From IMG/VR virus record IMGVR_UViG_3300032116_000208, positions 1 through 59,976 of that record: a DNA stretch of 59,976 bases. One strand, written 5' to 3'. A model generated the notes under the pieces. The model ran no database searches, had not been told where the DNA came from, and saw nothing but the letters and a program-made list of their open reading frames with translations. The translations under genes and the position numbers were made by a program. Source of the DNA: a virus. Taxonomy: Duplodnaviria; Caudoviricetes. Below, piece by piece: positions 25,192 through 34,143 of this stretch; the stretch's first letter is position 1, and every line of letters starts with the position of its first letter.

Positions 25192-25667
25192 GTGTTCTTC
25201 TCCACAATAGGTGTCATCTTACGTAGCCTGTACTCCTCTTGGACAAGGGCAATGGCTGCGTCCATATCTTTCAGTGTCACGACATCCATCTGGGCATCGT
25301 GTAGCTCCATCGCAGCGTTGAGTGCGTTCATCTCATGAGCCTTGAGAACAAAGCTGCCAGAGGCTGCGCCGCGCTTACCTACATCACGCAGGGCTTGCAA
25401 GCCGTCACGCACTACATCGCTGTAGTCTTTGCCGAAGCCAAGACGCGCAAACGCTTCAGTCATGTTGACCATGGAAATTAGCATGTCAATGTCAGTATGC
25501 TTGGCTTTACCTTTTGTCAGTGAGTCCATCGCACCATGGTTCTTGATCTTGAGGTCAACCATGAACGACGTGTGACTGTTGACTGGCGATAGGTTCTCCA
25601 GTACGTACCCTACTGGGTTTACCAAGACGTGCTTGGGTCTGTATTTGCTACGCTTACGCATGGTCAC
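25188..25667 (-). CDS. Hypothetical protein
   Basis: MRKRSKYRPK N-terminus..LHDAQ; coupled to neighbours. Confidence 0.8.
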   Translation of the reverse strand: MTMRKRSKYRPKHVLVNPVGYVLENLSPVNSHTSFMVDLKIKNHGAMDSLTKGKAKHTDIDMLISMVNMTEAFARLGFGKDYSDVVRDGLQALRDVGKRGAASGSFVLKAHEMNALNAAMELHDAQMDVVTLKDMDAAIALVQEEYRLRKMTPIVEKNT

Positions 25668-25792
25668 TTCCTATTGGCGTACCTTGTCCAGCATCTAGTG
25701 CATAGCCATTTGCCACGCACCTCTACGCCACCTAGTGGTTCTGCGTCTTTGTTGCATTGGTCACATGTCCTGAGTCTGTGCATACGGGCCAT
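25664..25792 (-). CDS. Small Zn-finger protein
   Basis: CDQC..WLCTRCW; GGAG RBS. Confidence 0.65.
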   Translation of the reverse strand: MARMHRLRTCDQCNKDAEPLGGVEVRGKWLCTRCWTRYANRK

Positions 25793-26072
25793 TGCTGTCT
25801 CCGGCGTCTCTTGGAATAAGTTTGTCGAAGGCAGTCGCGGTGGTTTGGAATTCATCGAGTATCTGTGGGTTGGTTGTTGCAATCCAGTTCAGGAGTTGCA
25901 TGAGGTGCTTGTTGATAGTCTGGAGTTCAGCGTTGCGTATCGTTTGGCTGTGAACGCGCATTTGAATCTCGTTGAAGTTGCGGTTCATGTCGTCGAACGC
26001 TTTTTGCAAGAGCACATAGTCAACAATGTGCCCCGAAGTGTGTACGGGATTCTGTATTGACTGCAAGTACAT
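25761..26072 (-). CDS. Hypothetical protein
   Basis: GGGAG RBS, start MYLQS. Confidence 0.7.
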   Translation of the reverse strand: MYLQSIQNPVHTSGHIVDYVLLQKAFDDMNRNFNEIQMRVHSQTIRNAELQTINKHLMQLLNWIATTNPQILDEFQTTATAFDKLIPRDAGDSNGPYAQTQDM

Positions 26073-26073
26073 A

Positions 26074-26586
26074 TCAGCTCCCAAAGATTTTCTTGAGCTC
26101 GTCGTACATTGCACGAGCTTGCGCTACAGACATGGTGTCCAGAAGTTCAGGGATGCTGGCCGTAAACCGAACATTGGGTGGCAGTGGAACGCTTGTTGTC
26201 TCTGGCACCTTGGCAGCTTTGGGGGCTGCAACTTTAACTGGCTTCTTGGCTTGCTTCACGTAACCGGGCTTGTATTTCTGAAGAACATTAAAGTAAATAA
26301 AACCGCTGGCGGAATGTTCTTTACGAATAAGTTTTCGCTTGAGAAACTGCGTAACCAAAGATGAGGACGAAGCATTACCTATGTTAGCTTTTTGAGCCAA
26401 CTCCATGAGTTTTTTACGATTGCAACCGGGGTTGTCTCTGATGATGTTAAAGAATCTAAAAGATATACCACCTTGCTGGTCGTCAGGCAGTGCCACAGCT
26501 GGTTGTAATGTAATCACTGTTGTATTTCCATCATCGTCAAATTTCAGGGCTTCGAGTTTCTTCAGTTCAGATTTCAAGTCAGGCAT
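26074..26586 (-). CDS. Putative winged-helix DNA-binding protein
   Basis: FNIIRDNPGC.RK.L..SSSSLVTQF; GGAGGA RBS. Confidence 0.6.
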   Translation of the reverse strand: MPDLKSELKKLEALKFDDDGNTTVITLQPAVALPDDQQGGISFRFFNIIRDNPGCNRKKLMELAQKANIGNASSSSLVTQFLKRKLIRKEHSASGFIYFNVLQKYKPGYVKQAKKPVKVAAPKAAKVPETTSVPLPPNVRFTASIPELLDTMSVAQARAMYDELKKIFGS

Positions 26587-27226
26587 ATTCTTCCTCCAGT
26601 TCGTCAATGATTTCGTTGAGCATGTCGTTGGTGTCCAATGACTCCAACACGGATTCGTCAGATGTAAGGTGGTCGTACTCGGCTTCGAGTCGGTTGTACA
26701 GCGAACGCATGTGGCGCTTGAACTCTTCCTCGAACTCATCCTTCAGAGTGTCGTAGTCGTAGCCCTGCAAGTTTGCTAGGAACACTGCGTCCTGAATCTC
26801 TGTGTTGTAAGGACTGTAGGCATGGACGAACTCGTCCAACTCGGAATAGCAGTAGTCACTAGGGCACGCCATGTCAGAGTAGAACGACGTACAGTTCTCG
26901 TGGTAGTAGTGACCTCTATGCTCGACACGAAAAACCCAAGCTTGCTCAGCCAGCGTTATGAGTGCTGGGTCTGCGCGGTAGATTGACGGCAAGAAGTTTC
27001 CCCATGAAAACACACGACCCTCGAAGCATGCACCGTCACCCTGCGAACTAAAGCCGCTGAAGTACATGCGCTCTACCTCAATGCCAATGTCGTCCATGTC
27101 GCGCTTGAAGTCGTCGTACACAGCATCCCACCATTCGATGTGGTCTACGTTCCAGTGGCGACGCTTGTCCAGTATCTCGTCGCGTACTCTAGCGGGTAGC
27201 GCATTGAATCTTTCGAGAGGTGTCAT
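26579..27226 (-). CDS. Acidic conserved mobile-element protein (FSGFxSQGDGACF motif)
   Basis: WWDAVYDDF..YFSGFSSQGDGACFEG..Y.HE..LEAEYD.LTSDE. Confidence 0.8.
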   Translation of the reverse strand: MTPLERFNALPARVRDEILDKRRHWNVDHIEWWDAVYDDFKRDMDDIGIEVERMYFSGFSSQGDGACFEGRVFSWGNFLPSIYRADPALITLAEQAWVFRVEHRGHYYHENCTSFYSDMACPSDYCYSELDEFVHAYSPYNTEIQDAVFLANLQGYDYDTLKDEFEEEFKRHMRSLYNRLEAEYDHLTSDESVLESLDTNDMLNEIIDELEEEYA

Positions 27227-27318
27227 AGTGGTGCGTCCTCATGGTTGTCTGGGTTGAACTTGGGCACTCTCGTGCCACTGTCTTTTGGATTTGGAAAAGC
27301 AGGGAACGGCCATGTCAT
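27223..27318 (-). CDS. 31-aa WPFP-motif peptide
   Basis: MTWPFPAFPNP..EDAPL; ATGA overlaps at both ends. Confidence 0.6.
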   Translation of the reverse strand: MTWPFPAFPNPKDSGTRVPKFNPDNHEDAPL

Positions 27319-27506
27319 TTGACTCTCCAATACTTACGTGTGTCTTGCACGATCTCAGGTTCCTTGGGCGGGATGGGATCAATCTTGTTGCCGAATGGTG
27401 GTGTCCACCCGAAGCGCCGCCACGTAGCCTGCACGTCAGCGCCTGACGTCCACTTGTAGTCTGGGTGGCCGACAGGGATGGTTGGTAATGTCTTCTTTGC
27501 TGTCAT
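27315..27506 (-). CDS. Hypothetical protein
   Basis: ADVQATWRRFGW.PP; AAGGAG RBS. Confidence 0.75.
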   Translation of the reverse strand: MTAKKTLPTIPVGHPDYKWTSGADVQATWRRFGWTPPFGNKIDPIPPKEPEIVQDTRKYWRVK

Positions 27507-27751
27507 GTATTTTCTCCTTCTAGTTTTTTAATCGCGTTGTACTGTGCAACACAGCCGGGGTAGTACTCCTCAGCGAACCGAACAAAGTCTTCTAGTTGCA
27601 GCTTTTGAGTTCTTAGCTGGTCAGCTACTTCGTTGGTCATGCGAACAGTTCTCTTGAGATTGTCAATGTGCTCATTCAACATATCAATGTGCTTGGAGTA
27701 ACTGTCAGCCTTGGCCTTGGCAGCTCTGGCTTCTAGTTGATGCCCATTCAT
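27503..27751 (-). CDS. Coiled-coil hypothetical protein
   Basis: Coupled ORF in the early operon. Confidence 0.7.
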   Translation of the reverse strand: MNGHQLEARAAKAKADSYSKHIDMLNEHIDNLKRTVRMTNEVADQLRTQKLQLEDFVRFAEEYYPGCVAQYNAIKKLEGENT

Positions 27752-28419
27752 GATGCCTCGGCTAGCTTAGCCGCAATGGCTGCGGCTGTAAGTCCCTCTG
27801 TGTCGTACGACTCAACGATTGCTTTGCGCTGCGTTGCACGCTCGACCTTGCGATTGAGGCGCTCCATGTCTTCTGAGTGGATATACATGGTCACGTTGGG
27901 GAACAGCTTGACTGCCTCGTTGAGTGACTTGCACTTCTTGAGAAACTCGGTGATGTCTGTCTCTACCTTGTTCCACTTGGCATCAATGTCCATGGCGATA
28001 ACAGCTTCGTCCCATCGTTGCAGTAACTCTGTACGGCCTACTGTATCTTCTGGCAGTGAGCGAATGTAGTCGAGCGGCAACTCGGAGTCTGACTTGTTGT
28101 AGTAGCCTTCTCTCGGACGAGAGTACGCATACTTCATGCCGTTGAACCTAGCAGTGGTAGCTAGGGTACGACCATCATCTAACTTGCCGTTGATGGTAAT
28201 GTTGCCATCTTCGATGCGGCTAAGCCATTCCTTGGGGATTTGATTGACGAGGTGTACGTGCTGCACACCCCAGCATCCGATGTTGAATAAGTGGCTGGCG
28301 TCAACAAGAATGTTCTTGTCGAAGTTGGGTAAGTCAGCACTGCGCTCAGACCTACGCATTGCGCTGATTCTTGACGAGACACGGTTGATAAGTTCTTTGG
28401 TGATGTAAACGGTAGCCAT
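27748..28419 (-). CDS. Hypothetical protein, possibly Nmad5-like
   Basis: C-terminal FLKKCKSLNEAVKLFP; AAGGA RBS; family call tentative. Confidence 0.55.
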   Translation of the reverse strand: MATVYITKELINRVSSRISAMRRSERSADLPNFDKNILVDASHLFNIGCWGVQHVHLVNQIPKEWLSRIEDGNITINGKLDDGRTLATTARFNGMKYAYSRPREGYYNKSDSELPLDYIRSLPEDTVGRTELLQRWDEAVIAMDIDAKWNKVETDITEFLKKCKSLNEAVKLFPNVTMYIHSEDMERLNRKVERATQRKAIVESYDTEGLTAAAIAAKLAEAS

Positions 28420-28472
28420 GGTTTATCCTTGTGTGTTGAAGTTGTTACCAATGCTTCTGCGAGCATTTGGTG

Positions 28473-28494
28473 AAAGACCCCGCCGAAGCGGGGT
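28473..28494 (-). terminator. GC-rich UUCG hairpin (weak terminator or stabiliser)
   Basis: ACCCCGC-TTCG-GCGGGGT then CTTT. Confidence 0.55.
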
Positions 28495-28499
28495 GTGGG

Positions 28500-28649
28500 T
28501 CACTCGCCTAGGTGTTCAGCGATTGATTCTCTGAGAGCATCACGGGTAGCTTGCGGTACATCTGCAGCTAGCGCGTCGTAGCATGCACGAAGCACGTCGT
28601 CGTATTGCTTAGCCAGTTTGTCGATTGTGTCGTCGATGGTAGTTGCCAT
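28500..28649 (-). CDS. 49-aa hypothetical protein
   Basis: GGAG RBS, start MATTIDD. Confidence 0.65.
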   Translation of the reverse strand: MATTIDDTIDKLAKQYDDVLRACYDALAADVPQATRDALRESIAEHLGE

Positions 28650-28650
28650 G

Positions 28651-29757
28651 TCATTGCTCCAAGGTAAAGTGGATATTGTCGCCGTAAGGAGCCACGATGT
28701 CACTAGAGATACACCAGACGACTGGGTACTCGGGCTCGTTGGCTGTGTTGAAGTCTGTGTAACCGTCGGTGAGGCACACGAACACCTCGGGCTTGATACC
28801 CTCCTTGGCGATGTAGTTGAAGCCCTCCTCCATGTCAGTGCCACCGCCACAGTAGAACGTCAGCGCCACCTCCTCGCCCTGCTCGAACACCTCGTGCTTG
28901 GCTACGCTAGTGTCAACATACAAGACATGGACGCGGGTGGGGTTGCACATAGACACGATGCGCTGTAAGTGGCCGTTGTAGTGGTCAAGCTCGACCTTGG
29001 AGATAGAGCCAGACACATCGACTTGGATGACAACCTCGCCCATCTCAGGGGACTTGCCTGTGGATGGAAGATAGCAGTCAACGAAGCGGCGGTTAGGACG
29101 CGACCATGTGTAGTCACCACGGGTGAATGTGGTCATGTAGCGCTCAAGAATGTCGTGCCATGGTGTCTGTGTGTCGATGAGGTCAGCGACGATCTTGGCC
29201 AGCGCACCGGGCATCTTGCCCTGAGCCTTGGCTGCTTGGGCAGCTTGGGCAATCTCTACGCGAGTCTCGGCGTCGATGCGGTCAGCCTCCTCTGGAGTGA
29301 GTGGTGTGCCACGCTCAATCAAGTCATCACCAGTACCACCGGGGCCATGGCCGTCAGGCTGGTCAGGCAGCTTGTTGTAGATGACGTCTACTGTCTCGTC
29401 CTTGGAGCCGGGCATATTGACACAGCCCTCGATCTGCTGACCGATGCCAGCATCCTTGAGCATGTCGTTAATCCATGCGTCACCAGCGATGTTCCACTTC
29501 TTGGCGTTACGCGCACCACGTCGCAGTGCATGCTGACCGATGACATGGCCGACCTCATGGCACAGCAAGAACACAAGCTCGTCAACAGACAGCTTGTCAA
29601 CGAAGTCCTTGTTGTAGTAAATCTGACCGCGCTGGTCAACAGCTGCAGTCTTGATGGTGTTGTCCTCGATGAGCTTGCGCTTCATGAGGATGGATGCAAA
29701 GAACGGATGCTGTGTGACAACAGCAACTTTGGCTCTGTCAAGTGTGGTAACTGCCAT
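28651..29757 (-). CDS. DUF2201-type metallopeptidase + VWA domain protein
   Basis: HEVGH..H, WNIAGD..IN; MIDAS DVSGS, GGGTD, TDG. Confidence 0.92.
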   Translation of the reverse strand: MAVTTLDRAKVAVVTQHPFFASILMKRKLIEDNTIKTAAVDQRGQIYYNKDFVDKLSVDELVFLLCHEVGHVIGQHALRRGARNAKKWNIAGDAWINDMLKDAGIGQQIEGCVNMPGSKDETVDVIYNKLPDQPDGHGPGGTGDDLIERGTPLTPEEADRIDAETRVEIAQAAQAAKAQGKMPGALAKIVADLIDTQTPWHDILERYMTTFTRGDYTWSRPNRRFVDCYLPSTGKSPEMGEVVIQVDVSGSISKVELDHYNGHLQRIVSMCNPTRVHVLYVDTSVAKHEVFEQGEEVALTFYCGGGTDMEEGFNYIAKEGIKPEVFVCLTDGYTDFNTANEPEYPVVWCISSDIVAPYGDNIHFTLEQ

Positions 29758-29766
29758 GATTACTCC

Positions 29767-30306
29767 TTAGAAAGTGATGAGGTGGATAGGCTCAGTGCCT
29801 CTGAGTAGGTCTGCTACTTGTTTCGATTTGTCTTTCATCTCCTGTGTAGTGTGCTCGGTCAAGATTTCTACAACCTTACGAATTGATTCTTTGTCGTGCA
29901 CGGTGATGTAGAAGTTCTGGTCGCATGCGTCTATGCGCTCCATAGCTTCGTCGTACTTGTCCTTGTAGTACCCTTTTCGATACTCCGGGCGCTCCAACAA
30001 GAATGCAGCCCAGTCAGCGTGAACAGCTTCTCGGATGCGCGGTGCTGCCTCGGTGCATAGACCTAGGACTTGCATGCCGTTCCAGTGGTGGTTGCTGCAC
30101 TGTATGCCGTGCTTCTCAGCTATGGCCAAGGCCAGCCTGCGTGACTCTGACGACCAGCCACCTTCGACGACGCGGGTCTCCAGCATGCGGATGATGCGGT
30201 TACGCATCCTTACACCTAGTCGTTGTGGGTGCAAGGTCACAGATACCTCAGTGCCGGGCATACCAGTCATACGCCCACGTTCGTTATTTCCTATCGGCTT
30301 TCTCAT
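29767..30306 (-). CDS. Hypothetical protein
   Basis: 179 aa, GAGGAG RBS. Confidence 0.75.
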   Translation of the reverse strand: MRKPIGNNERGRMTGMPGTEVSVTLHPQRLGVRMRNRIIRMLETRVVEGGWSSESRRLALAIAEKHGIQCSNHHWNGMQVLGLCTEAAPRIREAVHADWAAFLLERPEYRKGYYKDKYDEAMERIDACDQNFYITVHDKESIRKVVEILTEHTTQEMKDKSKQVADLLRGTEPIHLITF

Positions 30307-30500
30307 TTGCTCTCCTCGAAGTAATATCCATCGTCTTTTTGCACAATCTTCCCCTTGTTTTCGTACACGCCCATCAGCCAGTTGGCATACTTGTTCGCTC
30401 GTGCCTCCTCCCGCATTGCGTTTAAGTTAGCTGCTGTGTTGCGCCATAGCAGTGCGAACACTGCGATCATCAGCACGTACTCAAGGTCAGTGAAGTTCAT
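30303..30500 (-). CDS. Small membrane-anchored protein
   Basis: N-terminal hydrophobic segment. Confidence 0.65.
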   Translation of the reverse strand: MNFTDLEYVLMIAVFALLWRNTAANLNAMREEARANKYANWLMGVYENKGKIVQKDDGYYFEESK

Positions 30501-31369
30501 GCGAACGCTCCCATCCTTGCAGCGACTTCTTCCAGCTTGCGCTTGGCATCACTGCGCTTGTTAGGTGAACCCTTAATCATCTCAACGTCTGCCAAGTAAC
30601 CCTGCGCTGATTCCTCCAGTGCAGTAATCTCGTCAAGCAATTCTTGCGTTGGGTTGATTGCCAGCTTGCGTGCCAGCTTGCATCCCTCGATGACGTTGTC
30701 GATGAGGCTGTTATGGAAGCGCTCACCCTTGGCACCTTGGTACTCGGCCAACTTAGTCACAAGCGATGCGATGGGCTTGAGCATGCGCTGTATGGTGTCG
30801 GCGTTGACTGCGGCTGCTGCCTCGTCTTCTGCACGTTTGAACGCTGCCAAGTCATCGTCTGACAGGTCGAACAGGAAGTGGGACGCATCTGCCATGGGCT
30901 GGAACCTGAGCTCGGCTGACATGGACAGCTTGAACTGCTCGGCACTGGGGTACTCGGATGCGTTGGCACGCCCTGCTGCATGGCCGGAGTTGCGGTACAT
31001 AACGTCGTCATTCACTAGCTGGTCATACATTGGCATGTAAGTGTTGAGCAGTTGGTCAACCTGAGCGATGCGGTGCTTCATCTCCTGCGTGTACTCCATG
31101 TACATATCGTTCGGCAAGATACGTGGGCCAGCATCAACGTAGGGCAGCGTGTGCTTCTTGTGGTAGGCGTAGACCTCGCCATACTTGGACATGATCTGGT
31201 TGATCGCTGAGTCCTTGTTCTTGAACAGCTTAGTCAGCACAGTGAGGCTGGTATCGTTCTCCTGCTGTTGTAAGGTTGCCGTAAGTCCATGGTCGCGCTT
31301 GGTGAGTGCTGCGCGACGAATAGTCAGCTTGACTAGGACTGCCTTGTCAGATAGTTTGGTGTGTGTCAT
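30497..31369 (-). CDS. DUF3150-like helical protein (MoxR/VWA-associated)
   Basis: AVLVKLTI..K.D, K.LF, HTLPY.D.G.RILP, EYPS; start MTHTKLS. Confidence 0.7.
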   Translation of the reverse strand: MTHTKLSDKAVLVKLTIRRAALTKRDHGLTATLQQQENDTSLTVLTKLFKNKDSAINQIMSKYGEVYAYHKKHTLPYVDAGPRILPNDMYMEYTQEMKHRIAQVDQLLNTYMPMYDQLVNDDVMYRNSGHAAGRANASEYPSAEQFKLSMSAELRFQPMADASHFLFDLSDDDLAAFKRAEDEAAAAVNADTIQRMLKPIASLVTKLAEYQGAKGERFHNSLIDNVIEGCKLARKLAINPTQELLDEITALEESAQGYLADVEMIKGSPNKRSDAKRKLEEVAARMGAFA

Positions 31370-31370
31370 G

Positions 31371-31658
31371 TCATTGCTCCAGTGTGATGATTGCCACGGC
31401 ATATGCCTTGGCTGCTTTCAGGGAGCGGAACGTCCGGCTCCCGTCGTGGTTGACGAATTGACAATCCCACTTGCGTTTGTCAACCTTGGTTACCCATGCC
31501 ACGGTTACTTTCCATTGGCCACGCAGTGGTACGTCAAACTTGTGGGACAGCGGGTCTTTATCCCAGACCTTCTTGAGGTGGTGCTGTACTTGCCATACCA
31601 AGTTGTCATAGGCGTCGTACTTGCTGGGTTGCAGCTCGGTTTCCCATTCGTAGCTCAT
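31371..31658 (-). CDS. Hypothetical protein (F.....AKA[YW] family)
   Basis: Ends TFRSLKAAKAYAVAIITLEQ. Confidence 0.7.
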   Translation of the reverse strand: MSYEWETELQPSKYDAYDNLVWQVQHHLKKVWDKDPLSHKFDVPLRGQWKVTVAWVTKVDKRKWDCQFVNHDGSRTFRSLKAAKAYAVAIITLEQ

Positions 31659-31921
31659 GTCTCTAACCTCACAACAGTATCCACCCAAGCCTTGGCTTCA
31701 TGGACATGGGCGAACTCCGGTATGTCTTCTGGGTTGTCAATCCAGTAGCGGCGGTCTGTTACCTTCCAGCGCAGGGGGCCCCCGCCCCGACCGCGCCCTA
31801 GGTACTTGACTTCAAACAGCCTGCGTACTACGCCAGCGGCGTCTAAGCCTTTGTAGTCCCCGCTCAACGCCCATGTCTCGCCGTCGTCGCGGGTGTGCCA
31901 CTTAAGGTCTGTTACGGTCAC
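31655..31921 (-). CDS. Hypothetical protein (F.....AKA[YW] family)
   Basis: GTGA overlap; ends EFAHVHEAKAWVDTVVRLET. Confidence 0.65.
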   Translation of the reverse strand: MTVTDLKWHTRDDGETWALSGDYKGLDAAGVVRRLFEVKYLGRGRGGGPLRWKVTDRRYWIDNPEDIPEFAHVHEAKAWVDTVVRLET

Positions 31922-32916
31922 ATCAGCACCTCTGCGTTCTTGCTTGCCCACTCGACGAATGCACGGCTGTGCTTGATCGTAGGCTGCAACTTGATTGCGT
32001 CCTTGGTTGCCATGACGTTGAACTCTGGCGACATACGTGACAGGTACTTAGACACACGGTCGAAGTTATCCTTGGTCGACTTACGAGCCAGCGCACCAGT
32101 CAGAGCGTACAGAGTCGCAGGGTCTTGCGGCACGTCAGCACCAGCAGGGTCGAGCAAGATAGAGTCAACGTCAGGCAGTGACATGTAGATGCGACGGAAG
32201 CCAGTGAACTCAGCAGCAGCGCCCTCGCCTACCTCACCAGCGCAGTTGTCGAAGAACAGGCCAGAGTCAAGGCTGTCAGGGATGAGGTTGACACGCTCCC
32301 ATGCACGAGGCGTAGGGTTGGCGAAGCGATTGGCATCGAAGTCAGACAGCAAGCCGGGACGGAAGCGCAGGAACTGAATCAACACAGGGTCAATGTCGTT
32401 GTCGAGCGCCCACTCAGTCCAGTCGTCGATGTTCTCTTGGAAGTCGAAGCGCCGTGTGCGGTTGGCCAGCTTGGATGTGATGCGGTTGGCACCAGACTTG
32501 TCCTCGGTACGGTTGCCAGTGGCGATGATGAACAACTCGTCAGACAGCTTGAGGTTGCCAGCACGACGGTCGTAAATCACGCCACACAAGGCGTTCTGCA
32601 TGGGGACAGGTGCATCGCTGAGTTCCTCCAGAATGAGTGCTGAGCGTCCAGTACCCTCGCGCAACTGATAGAACTCTTGGGGTGGAACCCAGCGTGTGAA
32701 GTCGCCAGTGTTGTCAGGTACACCGAGCACGTCAACAGGGTCACGCAGTGACGCAGTGAACTCGACGACATTCTCGATGCCAAGTGACTGCACAATGTCA
32801 CGGGCACAGGCTGACTTGCCACCGCCCGGCGCACCGAGGATGAATGGAACAACGGCGTTACCACCGTCTACGCTGAACTGAGAGAGCACGGATGTGCGGA
32901 TGTTGCTGTATCGCAT
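31918..32916 (-). CDS. MoxR-like AAA+ ATPase
   Basis: GAPGGGKS, ILEEL, ATGNR..D, LANR, TPRAWE; start MRYSNI after AAGGA. Confidence 0.92.
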   Translation of the reverse strand: MRYSNIRTSVLSQFSVDGGNAVVPFILGAPGGGKSACARDIVQSLGIENVVEFTASLRDPVDVLGVPDNTGDFTRWVPPQEFYQLREGTGRSALILEELSDAPVPMQNALCGVIYDRRAGNLKLSDELFIIATGNRTEDKSGANRITSKLANRTRRFDFQENIDDWTEWALDNDIDPVLIQFLRFRPGLLSDFDANRFANPTPRAWERVNLIPDSLDSGLFFDNCAGEVGEGAAAEFTGFRRIYMSLPDVDSILLDPAGADVPQDPATLYALTGALARKSTKDNFDRVSKYLSRMSPEFNVMATKDAIKLQPTIKHSRAFVEWASKNAEVLM

Positions 32917-33025
32917 GATTTTCCTTGTGTGTTGAGGATGTGTGCGTCTGGATGCCTGCCCCCATGCGTGACGCATGAACGATGGGGTAGCCTGAATACT
33001 GTATCTATGTAAGCTGTCGTGGTGC

Positions 33026-33298
33026 TTACACGTTGAGTCTGTTTACTGTAAGGCCGATGAGGGATTGCTCCTCTACATATGCCTTGGCTTGCTCGATGGT
33101 GTCGAATGTCTTCGGGTGTACAGGTGACACAGTGCCGTAGATGTGCCCCTCGTATCCGTCCATGCGTACTCGCACGAACCCAACTGAGTCGGCCCATATG
33201 GGTACGAAGTTACCATCCCACTCTTTTGTCTTGATGCGTACCTTGGGGCGTACGGTGCATCGACAGTACACCTCGCCGTTCTCCCATATGAAGTTCAT
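33026..33298 (-). CDS. Hypothetical protein (F.....AKA[YW] family)
   Basis: TFDTIEQAKAYVE; GGAGG RBS. Confidence 0.7.
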   Translation of the reverse strand: MNFIWENGEVYCRCTVRPKVRIKTKEWDGNFVPIWADSVGFVRVRMDGYEGHIYGTVSPVHPKTFDTIEQAKAYVEEQSLIGLTVNRLNV

Positions 33299-33387
33299 CC
33301 CGGCCTCCATACCTTCAGGTCAAGGTAGAGTACGGCGAACAGGGCCACATACAGCAGGGCCAAGGCTGTCAGTCTGAGTTTTCTCAT
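33295..33387 (-). CDS. 30-aa membrane peptide
   Basis: MRKLRLTALALLYVALFAVLYLDLKVWRPG; GGAGG RBS. Confidence 0.65.
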   Translation of the reverse strand: MRKLRLTALALLYVALFAVLYLDLKVWRPG

Positions 33388-33509
33388 AGTTCCCTCCATC
33401 CCGATTCGATTCGGGCAATGAGTTGCTGAAAGTTTATACGGCGCAGTGTCCCGAACCCGTCGTCTTGCCATACGGATGGGATGCTGCCTCTGTCAGTGTG
33501 TCTGGTCAT
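33384..33509 (-). CDS. 41-aa hypothetical protein
   Basis: WQDDGFGTL motif; GAGGAG RBS; ATGA overlaps at both ends. Confidence 0.65.
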   Translation of the reverse strand: MTRHTDRGSIPSVWQDDGFGTLRRINFQQLIARIESGWREL

Positions 33510-33748
33510 TTCTTCTCCTCTTGAAGTTGCTTGATGCAGTCAAAGACCACAGTCGATTTGTATTTCTTGAGTAGGTACAGGATTGAACGCACGTAGTCTG
33601 GGTTTGTCACTGCGCTCGTTTTTGAAGCGGACATGAGCACCCGCAGGATTACCCAGTCAGACTCAGTCATGGCTTTGCCCTCCACCACCTCACGCATGGC
33701 ATGGAAGTCTTCGTGTTTCTTGATGAACAGTAGCTGTGCTTCGGTCAT
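33506..33748 (-). CDS. Hypothetical protein
   Basis: Start MTEAQLL, GGAGG RBS. Confidence 0.7.
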   Translation of the reverse strand: MTEAQLLFIKKHEDFHAMREVVEGKAMTESDWVILRVLMSASKTSAVTNPDYVRSILYLLKKYKSTVVFDCIKQLQEEKK

Positions 33749-33939
33749 GGCTTCCTCCATTCTCGCTGGGTGGTGATGATGTTGTACCCAAGTCCGGCTA
33801 TGCGTAAGAGTGTCATATCTGTCAGGACTTTGGTTCCCGCTATGTCTGCAAATATCTTGGCGTTGGTGCATACGGGATATGCGACCTGCTTGCCATACTG
33901 GTCTTTGAGTTCGATGCGAATGGTGAGTGGTGATTCCAC
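33745..33939 (-). CDS. Conserved small phage protein
   Basis: YG....YP.C..AK.FA.IAGTK.LT..LGY. Confidence 0.75.
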   Translation of the reverse strand: MESPLTIRIELKDQYGKQVAYPVCTNAKIFADIAGTKVLTDMTLLRIAGLGYNIITTQREWRKP

Positions 33940-33942
33940 GGA

Positions 33943-34023
33943 TTACTCCTTGAAGATGAAGTACAGCCAGCAAGTGATGCCAGCCCCTATGTACATGAGG
34001 ATGAGTAGGTCGATGACGTCCAT
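33943..34023 (-). CDS. 26-aa hydrophobic peptide
   Basis: MDVIDLLILMYIGAGITCWLYFIFKE. Confidence 0.5.
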   Translation of the reverse strand: MDVIDLLILMYIGAGITCWLYFIFKE

Positions 34024-34143
34024 GATGATTGAGCCTTTTAATGACTTGCTCAGGTCGTGATGGTGGTTGTGGCGAATTGATGGGTTAAGGGGATGCCACC
34101 CCCAAGCTGTTGCCCACACTCTATGTGTGCGCCTAGCCCCGAT

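Noticed and set aside
33388-33505. Apparent non-coding gap as ncRNA
   Set aside because: Filled exactly by a coupled 41-aa ORF (33384-33509).
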